Assembly: GCF_036245865.1 (NCBI RefSeq)
Contig: NZ_BTTW01000008.1
Coordinates: 96,396-160,395 of the forward strand
Reading direction: 5' to 3'
DNA: 64,000 nt
Source: Corallococcus caeni
GTDB taxonomy: Bacteria > Myxococcota > Myxococcia > Myxococcales > Myxococcaceae
How positions within the stretch are numbered: the stretch's first letter is position 1; each line of letters opens with the position of its first letter. The notes under the pieces are model-generated. The model had not been told where the DNA came from. It saw only the letters and a list, made by a program, of their open reading frames with translations, and did not search any database. Of this stretch, positions 59,637 through 64,000 are shown piece after piece. The translations under genes and the position numbers were made by a program.

Positions 59637-59791
59637 ATCGAAGGCCCTCTGGGAAACCAGGGGGCCTTTTTCTTTCTCTCCGTGCGGTACCGCCACGGTG
59701 CACCATGGCAGGCGGGCGCGCGAGGGACCGGCGGTCCGCTGTTCCAGGGCGTTCGCCACCGGCGGACCCTTTGCGGTATGGATACCGGCGC

Positions 59792-60571
59792 ATGATTCGC
59801 AACTTCCGGGAACTCTATTCGTACCGGGGGCTCCTCCTCAGCCTGGTGCAGCGCGAGCTGAAGGCGCGCTATCGCGGCTCGGTGCTGGGCTTCTTCTGGA
59901 CGTTCCTGAACCCCACCCTGCACATGCTGGTCTACGCGCTGCTGTTCGGCGTGTTCATGAAGAACCAGATTCCGCACTACGCCTACTTCATGTTCGTGGG
60001 CCTGCTGCCGTGGATCTGGTTCTCCACGTCGGTGTCCGCCGGCGCCAGCGCCATCAGCGACCGGCGCGACCTGATGACCAAGGTGCGCTTCCCGGCCCAG
60101 GTGCTGCCGGCGACGGTGGTGGCCACCAACTTCTGCAACTTCATCTTCTCCCTGCCGCTGATGGTGGTGCTGGGGCTCATCTTCGGCGTGGTGCCGACCT
60201 GGCACATGGTGCTGTTCCCCGTGGTGGTGCTGATCCAGATGTGCTTCACCTTCGCGGTGGTGTACGCGGTCAGCGCCTTCAACGTGACGTTCCGGGACCT
60301 GCAGCACATCGTGATGAACCTGATGACGCTGTGGTTCTTCATGACGCCGGTGCTCTACAAGCTGTCCACCATCCCGGAGGAGTACCGGCGCGTGCTGCAG
60401 GTGCTCAATCCGATGTCCATCCTCATCACCTCGTACCAGGCCATCTTCTACGAGCACCGTCTGCCGGACGCGGTGCCGCTCGTGTCGCTCCTGGGCGTCT
60501 CCATCGTGCTGCTGTGGGGTGCCACGCAGATCTTCGAGAGCCGCCGCGAGGAGTTCGCGGAGTCCATCTAG
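59792..60571 (+). CDS. wzm: ABC-2 type polysaccharide/O-antigen export permease (Wzm/KpsM-like)
   Basis: Six TM helices and the ABC-2 family signature. ATG at 59792 is in frame. The track's N-terminal extension overlaps the tRNAs and is rejected. Confidence 0.8.
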   Translation: MIRNFRELYSYRGLLLSLVQRELKARYRGSVLGFFWTFLNPTLHMLVYALLFGVFMKNQIPHYAYFMFVGLLPWIWFSTSVSAGASAISDRRDLMTKVRFPAQVLPATVVATNFCNFIFSLPLMVVLGLIFGVVPTWHMVLFPVVVLIQMCFTFAVVYAVSAFNVTFRDLQHIVMNLMTLWFFMTPVLYKLSTIPEEYRRVLQVLNPMSILITSYQAIFYEHRLPDAVPLVSLLGVSIVLLWGATQIFESRREEFAESI

Positions 60572-61918
60572 ATGGTCCAGTCACCGACCGAGGACGCCAT
60601 CGTCATCCAGGACGTGGTGAAGAACTTCCGGAAGAAGACCATCCGGGGGGAATACACCACGTTCAAGTCGGAGCTCGTGCGCTGGCTGCGAGGGCAGCGG
60701 CACGCGTCCCAGCAGGGGCGCTTCATCGAGTCCCTGCGCGGCGTCAACCTGCGCATCCCCAAGGGCCAGACGGTGGCCATCCTGGGGCGCAACGGCTCTG
60801 GCAAGAGCACGCTGCTGAAGCTCATCACCGGCATCTATTCGCCCACGTCCGGCAGCATCCAGGTGAACGGGCGCATCTCCGCGCTGCTGGACCTGGGGGC
60901 GGGCTTCCACCCGGACTTCTCCGGCCGGGAGAACATCCTCATCAACGGCATCATCCTCGGCATGTCCCGGACCGAGGTGCGCGCGAAGATGGACGACATC
61001 ATCGCGTTCAGCGAGCTGGGGGAGTTCATCGACGAGCCGGTGCGCACGTACTCCAGCGGCATGTACATGCGCCTGGCGTTCTCCGTGGCCACGCACGTGG
61101 ACCCGGACATCCTCATCATCGATGAGATCCTCGCCGTCGGCGACGAGCACTTCAGCAAGAAGAGCCTCGCGAAGATGACGGAGTTCAAGCGGCTGGGGAA
61201 GACCATCGTCCTGGTCACGCACGACATGTCCACCGTGGAGCGCTGGTGCGACCAGGCGGCGTGGCTGGACGGCGGGCGGATCCGCCGCGTAGGCACTCCG
61301 GCCGAAATCGCCGCCGAGTACCGGCAGGCGGTGTCGCTCGCGGAGGCGCGCTCCACGGTGTTCACCCCGCCGGCCCTGACTGAAGGGGGCGGGGCGCTGC
61401 CGTCGCTGTCGGAGGGCGCGGTGGTGCGGGACGAGCCGCCGGCGTCGCCGCCCGTCGCTGTGTCGCGGGTGTGGCTGAGCGGGCCGCGCGGGGAGGAGCT
61501 GGGGCTCGTCACCACGGAGACGCGCGCGGAGGTCTGCATCGACTACGTGGCGCGCGAGTCAGTGGAGGACGTGGAGTTCGTCCTCACGCTGTCCACCGCG
61601 GACGGGGCGGTGCTGTACGTGACGAGTACTCGGACGGACCGGGTGCCGCTGCCGACGCCGCTGCCGCCGCAGGGCCGGCTGCGCTTCGTGCTTCCCCGGC
61701 TGGGGCTGCTGGGTGGCTCCTACGTGCTGAGCGTGGAGCTGAAGACGGGCAACAACGCGAATCCGGAGCCGGGCCGGGAAGCGCGCTGCACCTTCTCCGT
61801 GTCCACGGAGCACGACGACCGGGGCGTCTTCCGGCCGGAGCATTCCTGGGTGGTGGAGGAGGCTCCGGCCGCTCCCGTCCAGGCGGTCTCCGTGTCCAAG
61901 CATGCCGCGGCCTCCTGA
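60572..61918 (+). CDS. wzt: ABC transporter ATP-binding protein (Wzt-like) with a C-terminal carbohydrate-binding-type domain
   Basis: Walker A GRNGSGKST, signature YSSGMYMRLAF, Walker B ILIIDE. The 200-aa C-terminal extension is typical of Wzt. Confidence 0.85.
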   Translation: MVQSPTEDAIVIQDVVKNFRKKTIRGEYTTFKSELVRWLRGQRHASQQGRFIESLRGVNLRIPKGQTVAILGRNGSGKSTLLKLITGIYSPTSGSIQVNGRISALLDLGAGFHPDFSGRENILINGIILGMSRTEVRAKMDDIIAFSELGEFIDEPVRTYSSGMYMRLAFSVATHVDPDILIIDEILAVGDEHFSKKSLAKMTEFKRLGKTIVLVTHDMSTVERWCDQAAWLDGGRIRRVGTPAEIAAEYRQAVSLAEARSTVFTPPALTEGGGALPSLSEGAVVRDEPPASPPVAVSRVWLSGPRGEELGLVTTETRAEVCIDYVARESVEDVEFVLTLSTADGAVLYVTSTRTDRVPLPTPLPPQGRLRFVLPRLGLLGGSYVLSVELKTGNNANPEPGREARCTFSVSTEHDDRGVFRPEHSWVVEEAPAAPVQAVSVSKHAAAS

Positions 61919-62003
61919 GGGGGGAGGAGGCCTCCCGCACGCCGCGGCCCGGGGCCTTGAAAAAAGGGGAGGCGCCTGGGAAGTGAGTACCTTGTTCCAC
62001 ACC

Positions 62004-64000
62004 ATGCCCGAGGGGGGGCAGGCCGCGGAGTCCGCCGGGGAGCTCGCCGAGCGCATCGCCGCCCTGCGCGCGGAGCCCTCCGAGGCCAACGCCCGGGAGC
62101 TCGCGGTGCTGACGGAGCGGCTGCGCCGGCTGGTGCCTCCGGCCAACACGCCCCTGTCGCCGCTGCTGGCCGCGGCGAGGCTCGCCGTCCCGTTCGACTT
62201 CTCCGTGCCGCCGTCGCACCGGGCGTCGGGAGGCCAGTGGGTGACGGCCGCCAAGCGCGCCTTCGTCCTGGGCCTGCGCCCGCTGCACGTCGAACTGCTC
62301 AAGCCCCAGGCCGCCTTCAACCAGCGCGTGCTGCGCGTGCTGGAGCGGCTGGAGGCCCGGCGCGACCAGGGCACCCGTGAGGACCTGACGGACTGGGTCC
62401 GGGGGCAGCTGGACGCGCAGGGGGGCGGCAGGGACGCCTCAGCGGCTGCCGCGCGTGCTCCTCACGGCACGCTGAACTTCGTGGAGGTCGGGGCCGCGGG
62501 TGGACCGCGCGAGCGGCGCAAGGCGCGCGGCTTCGCTCCCGTGGACATGGCCTGGAAGCTGGCGTGGCGCGCGTGGCGCCGGGCGATGCGGCCCGTGCTG
62601 GAGCCGCTGCTCGAGCGCCAGGCGGAGTGGAACGCGCGGATGCGCGAGACCCTGCTGTCCGTCGCCGCCGCGCCGGGTGCCGGCACTCCGGAGCCGCTGG
62701 ACGCCACGCACCGGGTGGCGCGGCTCGTGGCGCTGGCGTCTCCGCTGGCCCAGCCGGGGCTGCCCCGGGGCGTCCGGGCCTCCGCACCGCTGTGGAGCGA
62801 AGTGCTGCGCCGGCAGTCCCGCTTCAACGGTGAGGCGGTGGTGGCGCTGGCCGCCATCCTCGGCGTGCGTACGCCGCCCCCGCCCGTGCCCGCGCTGGAG
62901 GACTTCCACCACTGGTGCACGCTGCGCGAGTCCGGAGACATCCACGCCGCCCGCGAGGCCGTGGCTCGGCTGCCGCGCCGTCCCCGGCTGTCCCTCCTCG
63001 TCGCCACCGCGGGGGCCTGTCCCGCGCACCTGCGCGAGTGCCTCGCGTCGGTGGAGGCGCAGGTGTACCCGGAGTGGGAGCTGGTGCTCGTGGGGCCGGA
63101 GGACGGGCCCGCGCTGCCCGAGCCCTGGGCCTCGTCGCGCCGTCAGCCGCGCATCCGCCGGGTGACGCTCTCCGGGCCCACCGACTTCGCCCGCGCGCTG
63201 CGCGTGGGCCTCCAGGCCGCCAGTGGTGACTTCGTGGGTGTGCTGGGCGCGGAGGACACGCTCGCCCCCCATGCCCTGGCGAAGGTGGCGCTGGCCCTGG
63301 GCGCGACCCCGGGCCTGGACGTCGTCTACGGCGACGAGGACCGGCTGGACACGCGAGGGCGCCGCACGGCCCCCTTCTTCAAGCCGGACTGGTCCCCGGA
63401 CCTGCTGCGCTCGGTGGACTACCTGGGCCGGGGGGTGCTCGCGCGCCGCTCGCTGGTGGAGTCCGTGGGCGGCTTCCGCGAGGGCTTCCCGGGCGCCGAG
63501 GAGTACGACCTCTTCCTGCGCCTCAGCGAGGCGACGGAGCGCATCGGCCACGTGCCGCACCTGCTCTACCACCGGCGCCTGGGCGCCGTGGGACAGGTGT
63601 CGCAGGAGGGCCGCCGCGCGCTCTCCGCGCACCTGGCGCGCCGGGGCGAGGACGCCGAGGTGACGGTGCCAGGGCCCGGCCGCTACCGCGTGCGCTACGC
63701 CGTCCGGGGCACCCCGAAGGTGTCCATCATCGTCCCGTTCAAGGACCGGCCGGACCTCCTGAAGACGCTCACGGACACGCTGCTGGAGCGCACGACGTAC
63801 CCGCACTTCGAGCTGGTGCTCGTGTCCAACAACAGCGTCCGCCCGGAGACCTTCGCGCTCCTGGACACGCTGAACGACCCGCGCGTGGTGAAGCGCACCT
63901 GGGACTTCCCCTTCAACTACCCGGCCATCAACAACTGGGCGGCGGGGCAGGCTACGGGCGAGCTGCTGCTGTTCCTCAACAACGACATGGAAGTGGTGGA
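62004..64000 (+). CDS. wbgA: Glycosyltransferase family 2 protein (tandem GT2 domains, WbgA-like); 3' end beyond the window
   Basis: An ORF in the frame containing ATG 62004 runs to the window edge. GT2 motifs (SLLVATAG...VYPEWELVLV; SIIVPFKDRPDLL...ELVLVSNN). The symbol is by analogy and unverified. Confidence 0.65.
   Translation, partial: MPEGGQAAESAGELAERIAALRAEPSEANARELAVLTERLRRLVPPANTPLSPLLAAARLAVPFDFSVPPSHRASGGQWVTAAKRAFVLGLRPLHVELLKPQAAFNQRVLRVLERLEARRDQGTREDLTDWVRGQLDAQGGGRDASAAAARAPHGTLNFVEVGAAGGPRERRKARGFAPVDMAWKLAWRAWRRAMRPVLEPLLERQAEWNARMRETLLSVAAAPGAGTPEPLDATHRVARLVALASPLAQPGLPRGVRASAPLWSEVLRRQSRFNGEAVVALAAILGVRTPPPPVPALEDFHHWCTLRESGDIHAAREAVARLPRRPRLSLLVATAGACPAHLRECLASVEAQVYPEWELVLVGPEDGPALPEPWASSRRQPRIRRVTLSGPTDFARALRVGLQAASGDFVGVLGAEDTLAPHALAKVALALGATPGLDVVYGDEDRLDTRGRRTAPFFKPDWSPDLLRSVDYLGRGVLARRSLVESVGGFREGFPGAEEYDLFLRLSEATERIGHVPHLLYHRRLGAVGQVSQEGRRALSAHLARRGEDAEVTVPGPGRYRVRYAVRGTPKVSIIVPFKDRPDLLKTLTDTLLERTTYPHFELVLVSNNSVRPETFALLDTLNDPRVVKRTWDFPFNYPAINNWAAGQATGELLLFLNNDMEVV

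Noticed and set aside
59480-59791. N-terminal extension of the 363-aa ORF upstream of wzm
   Set aside because: It overlaps both tRNA-Gly genes on the same strand. The ABC-2 permease homology begins at the internal ATG at 59792.

Overview
The window is a high-GC (~70%) chromosomal segment with Myxococcus-type gene content. Gene order (bacN-bacO-bacP-padC, an sgmT-like hybrid kinase, xseA-xseB-ispA-dxs-tlyA, wzm-wzt-glycosyltransferase, two tRNA-Gly) resembles the Myxococcus xanthus DK1622 MXAN_462x-467x region read in reverse orientation. This attribution is from memory and could not be checked. I call about 55 protein genes, two tandem tRNA-Gly(GCC) genes, one intrinsic terminator and two candidate promoters. 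Most long ORFs in the six-frame track that lie antisense to these genes are high-GC artefacts. There are no CRISPR arrays, transposases or integrases. The most notable content is a 14-gene co-directional block (20604-35856) ending in an incomplete Tad/Flp-like pilus module: Flp pilin, CpaB, TadB, TadC and two FHA-TM proteins, but no ATPase, secretin or prepilin peptidase in cis. Upstream of it lie an ECF sigma/anti-sigma pair, a DUF2085 membrane protein, an OppD/OppF-type ABC ATPase pair with no permease, two tandem stand-alone MshEN (T2SS-E N-terminal, c-di-GMP-binding-type) proteins and a lipoprotein. The block abuts a divergent ExbB/ExbD proton-channel pair. This looks like one half of a split Tad-like machine of the kind reported in Myxococcus as the contact-dependent 'Kil' killing apparatus. 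Its co-encoded c-di-GMP-receptor-like and orphan-ATPase components are, to my knowledge, not functionally explained. Other points worth a second look are two genes whose conserved N-termini lie upstream of any canonical start codon, near-perfect 96-nt tandem repeats inside an FHA gene, and an SNF2 helicase attached to a MoxR-DUF58 pair.
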